64,000 bases of DNA from Azolla caroliniana (lineage: Eukaryota > Plantae > Polypodiophyta), in NCBI GenBank assembly GCA_043228905.1, contig JBHGNT010000006.1:6076001-6140000 (forward strand). The letters are read 5' to 3'. Below are positions 25,506 through 38,004 of this stretch, piece by piece (the stretch's first letter is position 1; every line of letters starts with the position of its first letter). Below the pieces are notes generated by a model that saw only the letters and a list, made by a program, of their open reading frames with translations, did no database searches and had not been told where the DNA came from. A program made the translations under genes and the position numbers.

Positions 25506-26485
25506 TGACTCCACCCTGCCGTCAATTACTTAATTCCAAAGCAAAATTGTTAGGCTTAGAGTTTGACTTTGCATTCATTTCACCATAAGTGTATTTTTAT
25601 TTTTTCTAGCTTACATGTCAACGATTGCTGGCTGCTGAAAAGTGTGGTTTATTGCATCCCCTCACAAGTCTATATTACCAATTGCTGTTATTTGAAGGCT
25701 TTGTTCGGTCTTAGGGCTACATTGCACTCATTTCACCGTGTATGTATCTATAAAGCTCAATTCATATGTTTATATAGCAGTGAAGGGAGGCATACGATTC
25801 CATGAGCTTCTTTAAAAAAGCATAAGAGAGTGAAGTATAGATTGGGCTGTGTATTTCTCGTTTGTTGATGTTGGGACTAATGGATTTGTTGGTCCATGAG
25901 CTTCAATTACTCTGAGAAATGCTGCAGATAAAAACGAAAGACATCAACAAACAAATGAGAGTTTTGCACGACAATGAGAGGAAGAAAAGATGGGGTTTTG
26001 AGGTTGAAGATGAGAGGTAGGTGGAAGATGCCCTCATAAGGATAGTTTTCTGTCTATATACAAACTTAGAAGGAAAGGTAAAGAAGGTTTTGGTCAGTGT
26101 ATACCCAATTAGAGATAATAGTAAGAGCATATAATACTAATATTGAGATAAATGGATATTTGAAAGTAGGTAAAAAGTAGAAAAAATGGCTCTTAATCTC
26201 TGTCTTTTCTATAATAATTATTACTCTGTTTAGTTACGATTAGTAAGAATCCGGAGCCAGATGAGCAAAGACAGCATTACTGTCTCTTTTCATTTTCTGT
26301 AATAAAGGAAAAAGAGAAAAAAGGAATGGTGTCGTGTGTATAGGCTAGACAGAGAGATCTGGAAATGATCAACAAAATCGTGGGAAAAGTGATTTGAAAT
26401 AAGAAAAAAGCAGGAAATCTGGTGGGTTCAGCAAATATACCCAACAGAAACAGAGAAAGAGACAGACAGAGGGTGCGTATTTATG

Positions 26486-26925
26486 ACTTACCTATGGATG
26501 GATGATGAAGATTACCAAAGAAAGTGCTGAGGAAAAAAAAGAAATAAAGGAGATACGAGAAGAACGGAGAAGGATGAATGCGTAATGCCATCGCCATTAC
26601 AGGAAATCACGTCAATACACAGGAGAATGAATGAATGAAAGAAAGAAGAGGAGGAGGAAGAGAGATGTGTCCATCTCTTTCTCTGTCTGTTTTCTGTCTC
26701 ACTTTAGACTTAGAATTTTGTTCGATTGGGTTTTTCTGTTTTGCAAAAATTGCCAAGGATACCCCTACCCCCCCCCCCCCAAGAAGGTTTTTACTTTAAA
26801 AGGAAAATTACAAACGATACCCCTCACAGTCTTCTTTTTTTTTTACTTACTTTAAAGGAAATTCCAGACAATACCCCCGAAGAAGTAAAAAACAAATCAA
26901 TCAAACAAATTGCACTATGTGGCTC
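26486..26925 (-). promoter_or_regulatory. Putative non-coding first exon/promoter of the histidine kinase
   Basis: Perfect minus-strand donor AG|GTAAGT at 26486-26493, preceded on the minus strand by a CT-rich leader-like tract. Candidate acceptor CAG at ~25516-25518. Confidence 0.45.
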
Positions 26926-28004
26926 TTTGCTCTCTCTCATTTGCATGTTAAACTCTTATTCCTTTTGGTGAAAATGGTTCAGTCAAATTGCGTATCTTGG
27001 ATTATTTTCACCTCGAATCTGCTTTTTGCTTCTTTTTGCTTCTTTGCCCTTTCAAATTAATCGCATATTTATCTATCTATCTATCGATATATACTTACAA
27101 ATACATACCGCCCTTCCTAAGTAGAAAGCCTTGACTTGCTAAAATTTGCTCTCTCATTTTATTCAATTTTTATCTTGACAATGGTTTGCCTTCAACCATA
27201 ATCTTGTAAACCCCTTATAACTTCTTGTCCGTAAATGAATTTCCTGTTCCTTATTTTCCATCTACCATCTAGTATTGTTTTTCGTTTTGACACTCAAGAG
27301 TAGTTGGGCTATGGAATTTTTGTTCATTAAATTTTGCAAGTAGCAGAACGAAATCTCCCAGTTATTGTGCATTAACATCACATACGACGACTCTTTTGAG
27401 ATACATATTCAATGTCAAGGAGATTAGGAACCTCGATTAAGACCAAGAAAATGTTCATATATGCATAGGAGCCGTGATTGGACCCCAAGGACATACATAT
27501 ACAACTACTAATTTCAATAAAACAAGATAGCATACTTTTCGTGTTTTTCAATGCACATAATATTTTCAACCTTGGCTTTATCTCTTGTCTCTTTTTGATG
27601 CACAAGAAAGTGATATTGTCTTGGTGATTTCAAATGCCATGAAAACAATCCTAAATACTATATAGGGCCTAGGAGTATTACCCTGTTTTTACTGCTTTTT
27701 TGCTAGGTATAAGAGCTTCAAATTTTGGATAGGAGACCCCTCCCTTGAACCTTCCCCCCTTCTTCAACAAGGATCAAGAATTTTCGATGCAAACAATTTG
27801 ATTATGTTTAGTGCATGTATACATAGTTTCAAGCTTTTCAAACTTTAATTCCTTTCTATGAAAGTAGGAATTCTTTCCTTTCAAAAAATGTCCCCGTCCC
27901 TTTCTATCTTTATTTAGCATTTGTTAATTTTCTCATTTTCGGGAACAAGCTAACAAGTTATAAGATGTATGTTGTCTTGGTCTTAGAGACCACATTTGTG
28001 ACCA

Positions 28005-28014
28005 CACACACACA

Positions 28015-28055
<41 letters not shown>
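28005..28055. repeat. (CA)n/(CT)n microsatellite
   Basis: Directly visible. Confidence 0.85.
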
Positions 28056-28058
<3 letters not shown>

Positions 28059-29899
28059 CCTTGAGAGTTTTGGCATTTAGTGTCCACGTCTATCACCTCA
28101 TTGAGTCTAGACTCTATACTTCAAACTCTTCTTGATTCCAATACAAAAATCCCTATATATGCATAGAATGAATGTAGGGTTTTAGGATCGTCCATGTTAT
28201 AGTCCCAACGGGGATTAAACTATGTACACATGCATCCCCTAGTGAGTAGTAGTATACACGTTGTGGATAGATATGTGTATCTTCATATAATGCATACAAC
28301 CATGGAATAACAATAGATACACCTACCTTTAGATATGTGTGTGTGTGTGCATCATGTGCACAAAGTGGGCACCTCTTTGTGTGGAGAAATAATGGTAGCA
28401 TGTTGAGCAACATCAAATCCCACTCGGTTCTATCTTAGTACTTGTCCACTTGATGCAATAATTTGGTTCAATTGTTTACCCTCAAAAGCCCCAACTATGG
28501 CCGCTATCATTTTTGCAACCACTCATTTGCCATCATGTCAACGAGTGTTGCACGCCATTTTGAAGGTTTCCTTCTACCTATACCTTGCAAGCCCAACCAT
28601 ACATTTTTATGTGTGGAATGTCAACTTTGTATCACCCTTGTCTTCTGCCAAAACTTAGAAACCATCATGATTCATGGGTGTCTTTTTTTTGTTAGAGGAA
28701 ATTGTTTTTCTAATTTTTAAATTTCGAAACAATGATTTTGTTGGCCATGGTATTTTAATTTCCTATTTCCCACCATCTTATTTGAGAAGATGATGAAGAC
28801 ATTATATTCATCATTTGGTTATACCCAATAAAATATAGTTTATCTCTCTTCTTTAGACTTTGATCATGAGGACATGCTTGCAAATCCGTCCTTCACCTTT
28901 GTTATTTGAGAACTCAATGAACAAGTCATTGATTACATTTGTTAATAACTTAATACCTATCAAGTGAGATGACTGTTTAGTGCCAATGTAGGTGCACAAA
29001 ATTATAAAACCAACACAATTCCATAAGACATCTTTCAAATACTTTATTCAACCCTAAATACGTGTTTACAATGTACATTTGTGTATGAACTATAGTTAAG
29101 ACAAATAAGTTTGACAAATATGATATGTACAACCACCAAGATTTAGTCGGTTCAGTTCATAAAAGATTGTGGGAATAATGTGGTTGGCAAATGTGCATGA
29201 TCTCTTTATGCTTGCATCTTCCCTTTACATATCAGAAAAAATCATTTCCTCTTTACCTATGGCTAAGCTAATTATATATGAGAAAAAAACGTTCATCGCA
29301 TTGTTTAAACTTTAAACTATAATAACTAGCATATGATTTTACTGTTGTTTGGACTTGCTTTTTTAACAAGGAGACATGTGAGAAGGTTGTGTACATGGTT
29401 GCTAATCGACACAATATGCCTTATTGGATAATTGAACATCCAGCCAAATGCTAAATGAATAGACGCTTTACATTTTTCTAGATAAAAATTGATTGTTTTT
29501 TTTAAAGAGAAGCGGGTGATGTGAGCGAGAAGAAACTAGGAAGAGAGTGGAGTGCTAAGGATGAAGGCCTTTTCAAAGAATCACAAAGGTGATCCCTTTT
29601 TAGGGCCACGCCTTTTTCAAGCTTATAGTAAAGGCTCTTTAAGACTTTAGTGAAAAACCTTTCATGTTAACGTAGAATTGTGACTATAACAAAAACAACA
29701 CATTAGTGTGTGCATCATCCATATGCTTGCTCATGGTATTCAACTTGGTTTTTTGTGTTTCTTGGTTTTTTTATTAATCATCATATGCGCTTTGTATCCC
29801 TTTAGGCTTCGACTCACAACTTTTGTAGTTGACATTAGCATAACTCATGGTGCATAATGATGATCACAATTTCTATATTTGAGTAAAGTTATATTTTGT

Positions 29900-30600
29900 T
29901 AATGGAGAAATCTCCACCATTTTAATGTGATATGGATATAAAGAACCAACAACCTATTTTTATGTCAAAAGGCGAGGGGAATGTTTAGCCACAAATTAGA
30001 GGGATATGTAACAATCATGGTCTTCAATCTTCAATAAGATTTCGCTTCATATATCATGATATGTAACCAAAAAATTTAGATTCAAGGTCAAATGAAACCA
30101 TAAAACATTGTTGGGAAGGAGTGAAAGAGTGCATCCAAAAAAATTCCTAGACTTCTACCATGTGGAACCCAAGATCTCACACGTCTTCATGAGATGCATA
30201 CATCATCGATCAATGGGATAATTGTTCAACACAATGGTGTATTATAACAATTTCCACTATCTCTTGCCAAATGAAGTGAAATACAATCTAACATAAAAGC
30301 CCCTATCAATTGTAGGAAAGAATATATAGTTGCCTACTCCATATGATAAAATTGGTGGGACATACAAAATCTTTGTGACTAAAATATACCTACTAGGAAG
30401 AATACAAGGCATTCTAAAGGTGAGAGTTATCACATAGCATTGGGAATTTGTATGCATAAAGTCCACTTTTTACATGCATTTAAACACAAACATACTAATA
30501 CATCCCATGGAGATAGTCCATTCCATACCATCCACCACATTACAAAACATTCACCAAAAGTAACATTCATGCACATGATAACAATTTAGCACTTCAATCA
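29900..30600 (-). mobile_element. Possible highly decayed copia pol remnant
   Basis: ILPS..ILVTKILYVP (ORF 30257-30466) resembles the copia protease-to-integrase linker motif VLYVP, followed by a broken W..RLG-like motif near 30150. Very degenerate. Confidence 0.3.
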
Positions 30601-32471
30601 AATCCACTTTATCATTATTTGGATTGCATGTGATAAATTTCGAGCATTTAGACTAAACCCATACAATCAAAATTAAGCACTCAGAATTTTAATGTGGGAT
30701 CCATAAATATGGATTCCAAAGTAGTTTGCAATTAAGATTTGCAATCAATTCATAGTGATAGAGACTAGAAACTCCCTTGTTTGTCTTCTTTCTCTTCTTG
30801 CAAGCTACCCACACCACACTCTTACTTTGGTTATAGACATATGAGGATAATGGTTGTTCTGTTTCCAACAATTGGCCATCACTTCACATGCCTACCATTG
30901 TGGTAAATGTTAGCATAATTCGGAATCTAGTAACTAAGAAGAGATGCATACCGCAAGGACACTCACCATTCAAGCATGTTGACTCAGGTAGATAGACTAT
31001 AGGGAGATGAATGAAACAATGATTACAAGAAGACATTTACAATGGGCTTTAGCGTGAGATGTGTTCCTTCACAAATTGAACTGATCTCAATTATCAAGGT
31101 ATGGCTACTTGCTTGCAGTTGAAGCTTTCTATTTCTTCCATACCTTGACAATTTCACTATATTAAATTCCATCTTAATCATAGTGTTGTTACATTGTTAC
31201 TTTCACACCTCATTCTTGAAGATTATACCCTCACAATATCCCATTATCACTAATGCTTCATCATTCAATTTTAAGATATCATTAGAGAACCTAGCCATAT
31301 TCTCCTTGATTATTATATTGGAGTAAGTGAAGCTTGTTAAAAAGTGGGCATCACTATCAAGTTAGATCCCAATGTGGGTTATCATCAAATGTGAATTTAA
31401 TGATGCTAGTATAGGGTATTCCCAACATATCATAGATTACTAATGGCTTGAGAAATAGGCAACTCTACATTGACAAAGGGAAATTTTGTTGGGTCATGGA
31501 AGCAACCTACTTGTAAGGATGGTGTACATTAGGTTGGGACCCAACATTCAAAAGAAAAAGGGTAAATTCAAACAATATATTACTACATGTAGGGGCTAGC
31601 TTAACTTATGAACATACAAAGCTTTGTTTTTGCAAAGAATGTAAATTCTAAGATGGTTTCAAGCTATTTATCTTTGAAAAGTTTTACTTTAATGACCAAA
31701 AAGTGGTTGACTAAACAATTGACATAGATATTTCCATGTATTGGATTATGTCTTTGTGACATTGCATTTCCTATTCATTCCATTAGCAAAGAATATGGTA
31801 AATGGGAATCTAAAGAACCACCGAAATGGAGAATGAAAAACGGTAAAAAGAAAGGAGTCCTCGATATCAATGCTTAAGGTATGATGAGGTTATGAGTTAG
31901 ATGCATATCGAGGAAGAGCTCCATTAGTCAAGCATGCGCAACTCTTTTGGATGGGATAAGGTATGCATGGTCAATGTTAGTAGCATCAATCCAAGAAAAG
32001 GTCAAGTATCCAATCATCTTTTTTATGACAAAACCCCAAAGTGGGATGAAATCATAAATGAAGATTTGAAGACTTTTTTTAAGCAACCCAAAGGTTCTCT
32101 TATGATATTGTCTTAGGTTCTAGCAAGATATTTTATTCATGGAAATTCAATCTAGTTAAGTTGTTAGCCTGCTACATAAGGTTGCACCTCTTGTGTCCTT
32201 TAGGAGATGGAGACCTATATTCATCATTAATGGAGGATGTGTAAGAGTTTGTTTTTTTTTTTTTTCCAAAATGAAGCTACTTTCCCATTAGTTAGGAAGG
32301 ATTATTACAAGGAGGCTTACACATAGATCGGGGAATCTCCTGCCGATCAAGTTCAAGAAAATGAGACTAGTTACATCGCCTTTCGGACTGACTACTTAAT
32401 GTAAGTACCTATAGCTAAAAATGGCGCCCTTCGGTGATGGCTAGTACTCCTGGGGCCGACAACGAAGGGAG

Positions 32472-32556
32472 TGTTGGAGACGAGGTCGTCTATGCGGAAG
32501 ATTAAGAAGCATTCGATTGTTTCTCTGTACCTGCGTATGACAGTTTCTAGGTCGTT

Positions 32557-32626
<70 letters not shown>

Positions 32627-32795
32627 ACAAAAGACTTTCTATTCCACAAAGCAATAATACAACACCCAACCTTACAAAAAGGTTACAAGGTCACTATATA
32701 TAGTGACCGACTTAGGGCAACTACCCTTTATGCTAATTACACAAATGGCCCAAAGGGATAGTGTGAATACGTCCATTATACACATGTATTCGACA
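32472..32795 (-). repeat. 3' LTR of copia A (324 bp)
   Basis: Direct repeat of 37699-38004; contains (AG)31. Confidence 0.95.
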
Positions 32796-32988
32796 CTCCC
32801 CCGTAATGGGCGTATACATGGGTTATCTAAGATTACAGGTATAGACTTAGGTTCTCGGACGTATCAGCTTTGTTCGAGTCGGCAGGGTCCGAAGGCAGAA
32901 GACCGAACTGGTCGGGTCGGAACAGTTGAAGCCGATCATTAAGGAACTGATGTCGGTTGTCGGGAACCATCCTGCTCTGTGTCCGGCT

Positions 32989-35900
32989 CTAACCGGACTG
33001 GTTTGTCGTTACGCCCATCTGATGCCGAAGAGACCGAAAACGGTCTGCCGAAAGACACTTGGTCATTCCATCTGCGACATTGTCGGTTGTGGATATTTTC
33101 TTTAGACCGATTTTCCCTGAAATGACGCAGTCCCGAACGAAGTGATATCGAACGTCGATATGTTTGGAGGCGTTGTGGTGAACCGGATTTTTCGACAAGG
33201 CAACAACACCTTGACTGTCGCTATAGACAACTGGAGCCGAGTCATGGTCGACTTGTCGAAACGTGTGCGCCAGCCGACCGAGCCACAAAGCTTCTTTTGC
33301 TGCGTCGGACGCAGCTACATATTCTGCTTCGGTCGTTGAGGTCGTTGTGCACTCCTGAAGTTTCGACTTCCACGAGATTGCTCCATTGCCGAATTTGAAG
33401 CAGTATCCGGTTGTTGATTTCCGACTGTCTATACAGCCGGTGAAATCCGAGTCGGTGTAACCGACTACGCCTGAGGTTCGGTTCGGACCGAAAAGAATGC
33501 CGTGGTCTTTTGTGCCAGCCAGATATCTGAACACATGCTTGACTGCGTTCCAATGCGATCGGCCAGGATTGTGCATAAATCTGCTAACGACTCCTACGGC
33601 ATGAGAAATATCAGGCCGTGTCGCGACCATCAGGTACATAAGGGAGCCGACTGCCGGTGCATACGGTACCGACTTCATATCTTCCCCCTCCGGACCGGAT
33701 GTCGGGCAGTCTCGCTGAGAGAGCCGAAGATTCATGGGGAGCGGGGTTGATGCAGATTTGGCTGATTGCATGTTGAAGCGTTCTAAGACACGTCGGATAT
33801 AGTCGGTCTGAGACAAAAAAAGATGTCGTTTATCGCGATGCCGACTAATCTTCATGCCGAGTATGTGTCGTGCCGGACCGAGGTCCTTCATGGCAAACTT
33901 CAACCGCAGTTGCCGAATGAGATCAGCAAGTTCGCCCGCGTGGCGTCCAGAGATTAGCATGTCGTCCACGTAAATGATGAGGAAGATGGGTGATCCATCT
34001 TGAGCTGTGTTGGTAAAAAGACAATGGTCCTCATCGCTTTTTGAGAAGCCGATCGATTGGATGAAGTCGTCGAACTTCTTGTACCATTGTCGTGGTGCCT
34101 GTTTGAGGCCGTATAGACTCTTCCTGAGTCGGCAGACTAGATGTTCTTGGCCAGTTGCCACGAAGCCTTTTGGCTGCTCCATATAAATTTCCTCTTCAAG
34201 ATCACCATGGAGGAAGGCGGTTTTGACATCTAGCTGAATCAGCTCCAAGTTGTCGGCTGCCACTACGCCGAGTAGAAAACGAAGGGTTGTCATTTTCACC
34301 ACTGGTGAGAAAATCTCGTCGAAGTCGACGCCATATTCTTGTCGGAAGCCCTTCGCAACTAATCTGGCCTTGTACTTTGGGGTGGTCGAATCAGACGTCT
34401 CTTTAAGTCGATAAACCCACTTGCAAGGGAGAGCACGTCGATTCTTAGGTAATTCGACCAGATCCCAAGTCTTGTTTGCCCGAATGGAGTGCATTTCCGA
34501 CTCCATCGCCAGATGCCAGGTGGCGGAATCGACAGATGTCGATGCTTCTTCGTAAGACGTCGGTTCGCCGGCGTCGGTGAAGAAAATTCCAGGAGAATAC
34601 CTCTCCGGAGGTTGCGACAGTCTCTCGGATCGTCGAGGTATGATTGGACTGGTCGCATCGGGTATCGAGGTCGGATGGTCCGAAAGCGAGTCATTCGGCT
34701 GTGCCGAGTCGGAGTTGTCCGAGTCGGTAGTGTAAGGTTCAGCTACCCGTGAAGCTGACCGTGTGTTAAGAGCGGGGCCTTCTTGAAGGGTCGGCACATC
34801 GGAAAATGTTACCCTTCGGACTTCGATCGGTTTTTCGACTGATGGATTCATAGCCGACTCGTTGAACACAACGTCCGAACTTCGAACGATTTGTCTGCGT
34901 TCGGGGTCCCAGAGTCGGTATCCCATTTCGCCGTCTGATCCATATCCAAGGAAAATGCATTTCCTGGACCGAGGTGCAAGTTTTCGGCGATCATCTTTCG
35001 GAATAAGGGCGTACGCCTCGCATCCGAAGATCCTCAGCTTGTCGTAATTCGGCCTACTGCCGATCCATAGTTCCTGAGGAATTTGAAGTCCTAGAGGTCT
35101 ACTTGGCGACATATTGATTATGTGTACTGCCGTGAGTAGAGCCTCTGCCCAGAAGCCATCCGACAGTCCGGAGTGTTGGAGCATGGAAACTATCCTTTCT
35201 TGGATTGTCCGATTCATTCGTTCTGCAATCCCGTTTTGCTCCGGACTGTGTGGTGCCGTAAATTCACGTCTGATGCCGCGTTGTCGGCAGAATTTGACGA
35301 ATTCTTCTGATTTGAACTCTCCCCCATTGTCGGTCCGAAAGCATTTCAGTTTTCGGTCAGTTTGATTTTCCACCATAGCGAGCCAATCGGAGAAGATCGA
35401 GAAGACCCGATCTTTGGTGCGAATCGGATAAGCCCACACCTTTCGAGTCGAATCGTCAATAAAACTGACGAAGTAAGAGGCACCGCCGAGAGACTGATGC
35501 GGCATTGGGCCACAGACGTCCGAGTGGACTAAATCGAGAGGTCTCGTGTCTCTTGGTGCTGATGTCGGGTGTGAGGCGGCTGCTTGTTTGCCATACTGGC
35601 AATGTTCGCAAAATTGATGGTCGGAGAAGGAGAGTTTAGGGATGTATCCGGCTCTAGATAGGTGCGTAATGCCGGCCTTGCTGAGGTGTCCTAATCTTCT
35701 GTGCCATAGTGATGACACAGGAATATCCACCAAAAACAGGTTACCCTCTCTGAGTGTAACATGTAACGGATACAGTGAGTGTATCTTGGGTCCTCTAGCA
35801 AGCAGGAGGTTCCCCCTGTGGAGTGTCCACCCTCCCGAAGAAAAACCGGCACGAATGTCGTCTTCATCTAGTTGTCCGACTGAGATCAATGGCCTTGAGA

Positions 35901-37005
35901 GCTCGGGTACATGTCGGACATTGTGGAGTACAAGTGTAGAGCCACCTGCAAGGTTGAGCTCTACTGTGCCGATTCCGATGATGTCACAGTGTTGTGAGTT
36001 GCCGACTCGAACTGAGTCGGAGTGACGGATCGTATATTGCCGAAATTGGGATCGATGAGGAGTCACGTGAAATGACGCGCCCGAATCTAAGAGCCATGTG
36101 CTCGACTCTTCAGTCGTGAGTAGGACTTCTGATCCGACTGGATTTTCGATTGATAGTATATTCGGGTCGTCTGGTAGTACATCAGCTGAGAAGCTGACGT
36201 AATTGATCTCCTCATGCCGGCCACTCTTCTTGTTGTTCTTGTTCTTGAGTGCGTGGCAGTCGGCTTTGATGTGTCCGGGTTTCTTGCAATAGTTGCAGAT
36301 TCGGTTATCCCGTGACTGGCTCCGTCTTCGCTGATTGTTCGGCGGCCGTGAGGAATCTCTTCCTCGTATGTTCGATCGGTCTGTCGAACCTTGTACTACA
36401 TAAGCGTCGTCTGTTGAGTCTTTGGCGAAAGACTTTCTCCGAGCTGCTTCGGTCAGGATTGCGCTCGTGACTTCGGAGTATTTGACAACCGTGGTTGACG
36501 CGTTGCACACGGTTGTGACGAAAGTTTCCCATGATGAGGGAAGGCTACTCATGAGTATCATTGCTCTGAGTTCATCCTCAATTGCCATCCCCTGAGATGA
36601 GATTTGGGAGCTTATGCTTTCGTACTCATTAAGGTGTGCTTGAACCGAATCGGATTCTTTCATCCGCAAGTTGTAGAGGCGCCGGATCAGAAACATCTTC
36701 GTTGCGGCAACCTTCTTTTCGTAAGTGTCCGACAGTGTTTTCCACAGTTCGAATGCTGTCGTACACGATTGCACCGTAAAATATACCGATTCCGATAGGT
36801 GCATCCGAATCGTGGCGCGGACGATTCTGTCCAGCTTCTGCCACTCAATTGGTTTGTATCCTTCTGGAGGTTCTTCATTTTCGATGGGATCGATTTGCCC
36901 CTTGACTATGAGATAGTCCTGCATTTGCTCCTTCCAGAAGTTGAAGTTCGATCCATCGAACTTTCGTAGACTCATTTCTGACGAGCCGGATGTTGATGCC
37001 ATCAA
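32989..37005 (-). CDS. Copia gag-pol polyprotein, uninterrupted, 1338 aa
   Basis: Zn knuckle CNYCKKPGHIKADC, protease WLLDSGASFH, LWHRRLGH..CEHC, integrase FIDD/TDNGGEF/GIAER, RT YVDD, RNase H GYTDSD/STTEAEY; copia domain order. Confidence 0.97.
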   Translation of the reverse strand: MMASTSGSSEMSLRKFDGSNFNFWKEQMQDYLIVKGQIDPIENEEPPEGYKPIEWQKLDRIVRATIRMHLSESVYFTVQSCTTAFELWKTLSDTYEKKVAATKMFLIRRLYNLRMKESDSVQAHLNEYESISSQISSQGMAIEDELRAMILMSSLPSSWETFVTTVCNASTTVVKYSEVTSAILTEAARRKSFAKDSTDDAYVVQGSTDRSNIRGRDSSRPPNNQRRRSQSRDNRICNYCKKPGHIKADCHALKNKNNKKSGRHEEINYVSFSADVLPDDPNILSIENPVGSEVLLTTEESSTWLLDSGASFHVTPHRSQFRQYTIRHSDSVRVGNSQHCDIIGIGTVELNLAGGSTLVLHNVRHVPELSRPLISVGQLDEDDIRAGFSSGGWTLHRGNLLLARGPKIHSLYPLHVTLREGNLFLVDIPVSSLWHRRLGHLSKAGITHLSRAGYIPKLSFSDHQFCEHCQYGKQAAASHPTSAPRDTRPLDLVHSDVCGPMPHQSLGGASYFVSFIDDSTRKVWAYPIRTKDRVFSIFSDWLAMVENQTDRKLKCFRTDNGGEFKSEEFVKFCRQRGIRREFTAPHSPEQNGIAERMNRTIQERIVSMLQHSGLSDGFWAEALLTAVHIINMSPSRPLGLQIPQELWIGSRPNYDKLRIFGCEAYALIPKDDRRKLAPRSRKCIFLGYGSDGEMGYRLWDPERRQIVRSSDVVFNESAMNPSVEKPIEVRRVTFSDVPTLQEGPALNTRSASRVAEPYTTDSDNSDSAQPNDSLSDHPTSIPDATSPIIPRRSERLSQPPERYSPGIFFTDAGEPTSYEEASTSVDSATWHLAMESEMHSIRANKTWDLVELPKNRRALPCKWVYRLKETSDSTTPKYKARLVAKGFRQEYGVDFDEIFSPVVKMTTLRFLLGVVAADNLELIQLDVKTAFLHGDLEEEIYMEQPKGFVATGQEHLVCRLRKSLYGLKQAPRQWYKKFDDFIQSIGFSKSDEDHCLFTNTAQDGSPIFLIIYVDDMLISGRHAGELADLIRQLRLKFAMKDLGPARHILGMKISRHRDKRHLFLSQTDYIRRVLERFNMQSAKSASTPLPMNLRLSQRDCPTSGPEGEDMKSVPYAPAVGSLMYLMVATRPDISHAVGVVSRFMHNPGRSHWNAVKHVFRYLAGTKDHGILFGPNRTSGVVGYTDSDFTGCIDSRKSTTGYCFKFGNGAISWKSKLQECTTTSTTEAEYVAASDAAKEALWLGRLAHTFRQVDHDSAPVVYSDSQGVVALSKNPVHHNASKHIDVRYHFVRDCVISGKIGLKKISTTDNVADGMTKCLSADRFRSLRHQMGVTTNQSG

Positions 37006-37684
37006 ATTTGGTTTCGGTTAACGAAGCTCGGTTCGGAGTTGACTACGAACCTTGTTGGAGTGCAGCCGGTTGGCTCACCCGATATCGTTCTAGTTGGATT
37101 TGAACCCGAGTCGGTTCGGCTTCGGATATATGTATTGTTGAACTTGCTCGAATTGACTCCGGTAACTTGAGGGACAGAACCGACTGGTCTTCCCGAATGT
37201 TGCCGAGTCGGAGTGAGCCCGGTTCGCTTCGGATATATATGCCGAATACCGATTATTGAAACCGATTATCTGGACCGATTCTGCTTCGGTTGACTGCAGC
37301 AACGAGAGAGACGGATCCAACTGATCCTCCCGAATGTCGATCAGCCAGATGAAGCACGAATTTGGGTTGTTGTCTTGAGACCGATCTGCACCGAGTGGTT
37401 ACAATGAGCGGCGAGCAGCGTTTGATGACCTCTTCGGATGCCGTTTAACCGAATGGAGCACGATCGTGTCAATGTTGCACAAGGGGATTTCACCTCGAGC
37501 GGTTACGATCACAAGGGACAGAGTACAACCTGCTGGCTTACTCCAAGCGAAGATGATCTAACGCGATGAGATGCAAGCCTCGTTTCTCTTCTTCTTCTCT
37601 CTTCTTCGAATGACGCAGGAAACCGAATGCTGTGCAGGCTGAGACGACGGCCGACAGCGGATTGAAGGACCGACTACTGTGCAG

Positions 37685-37696
37685 GCTCTGATACCA
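37685..37696 (-). promoter_or_regulatory. Primer-binding site (initiator tRNA-Met) of copia A
   Basis: TGGTATCAGAGC, 2 nt downstream of the 5' LTR. Confidence 0.95.
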
Positions 37697-37698
37697 GA

Positions 37699-37783
37699 TG
37701 TTGGAGACGAGGTCGTCTATGCGGAAGATTAAGAAGCATTCGATTGTTTCTCTGTACCTGCGTATGACAGTTTCTAGGTCGTT

Positions 37784-37838
<55 letters not shown>

Positions 37839-38004
37839 AAAGACTTTCTATTCCACAAAGCAATAATACAACACCCAACCTTACAAAAAGGTTACAAGGT
37901 CACTATATATAGTGACCGACTTAGGGCAACTACCCTTTATGCTAATTACACAAATGGCCCAAAGGGATAGTGTGAATACGTCCATTATACACATGTATTC
38001 GACA
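37699..38004 (-). repeat. 5' LTR of copia A (306 bp)
   Basis: Direct repeat of 32472-32795; contains (AG)24. Confidence 0.95.

Larger units (their letters stand above)
32472..38004 (-). mobile_element. Intact young Ty1/copia LTR retrotransposon (Tnt1-like), element A
   Basis: LTRs 37699-38004 (5') and 32472-32795 (3') have TG..CA ends and are identical except for microsatellite length. TSD gggag on both sides. PBS TGGTATCAGAGC at 37685-37696, PPT at ~32796-32802. Confidence 0.97.

Noticed and set aside
32392-32942. ORFs with SLSLSL/ERERER runs (also 37538-38175)
   Set aside because: Translations of the LTR (AG)n microsatellite
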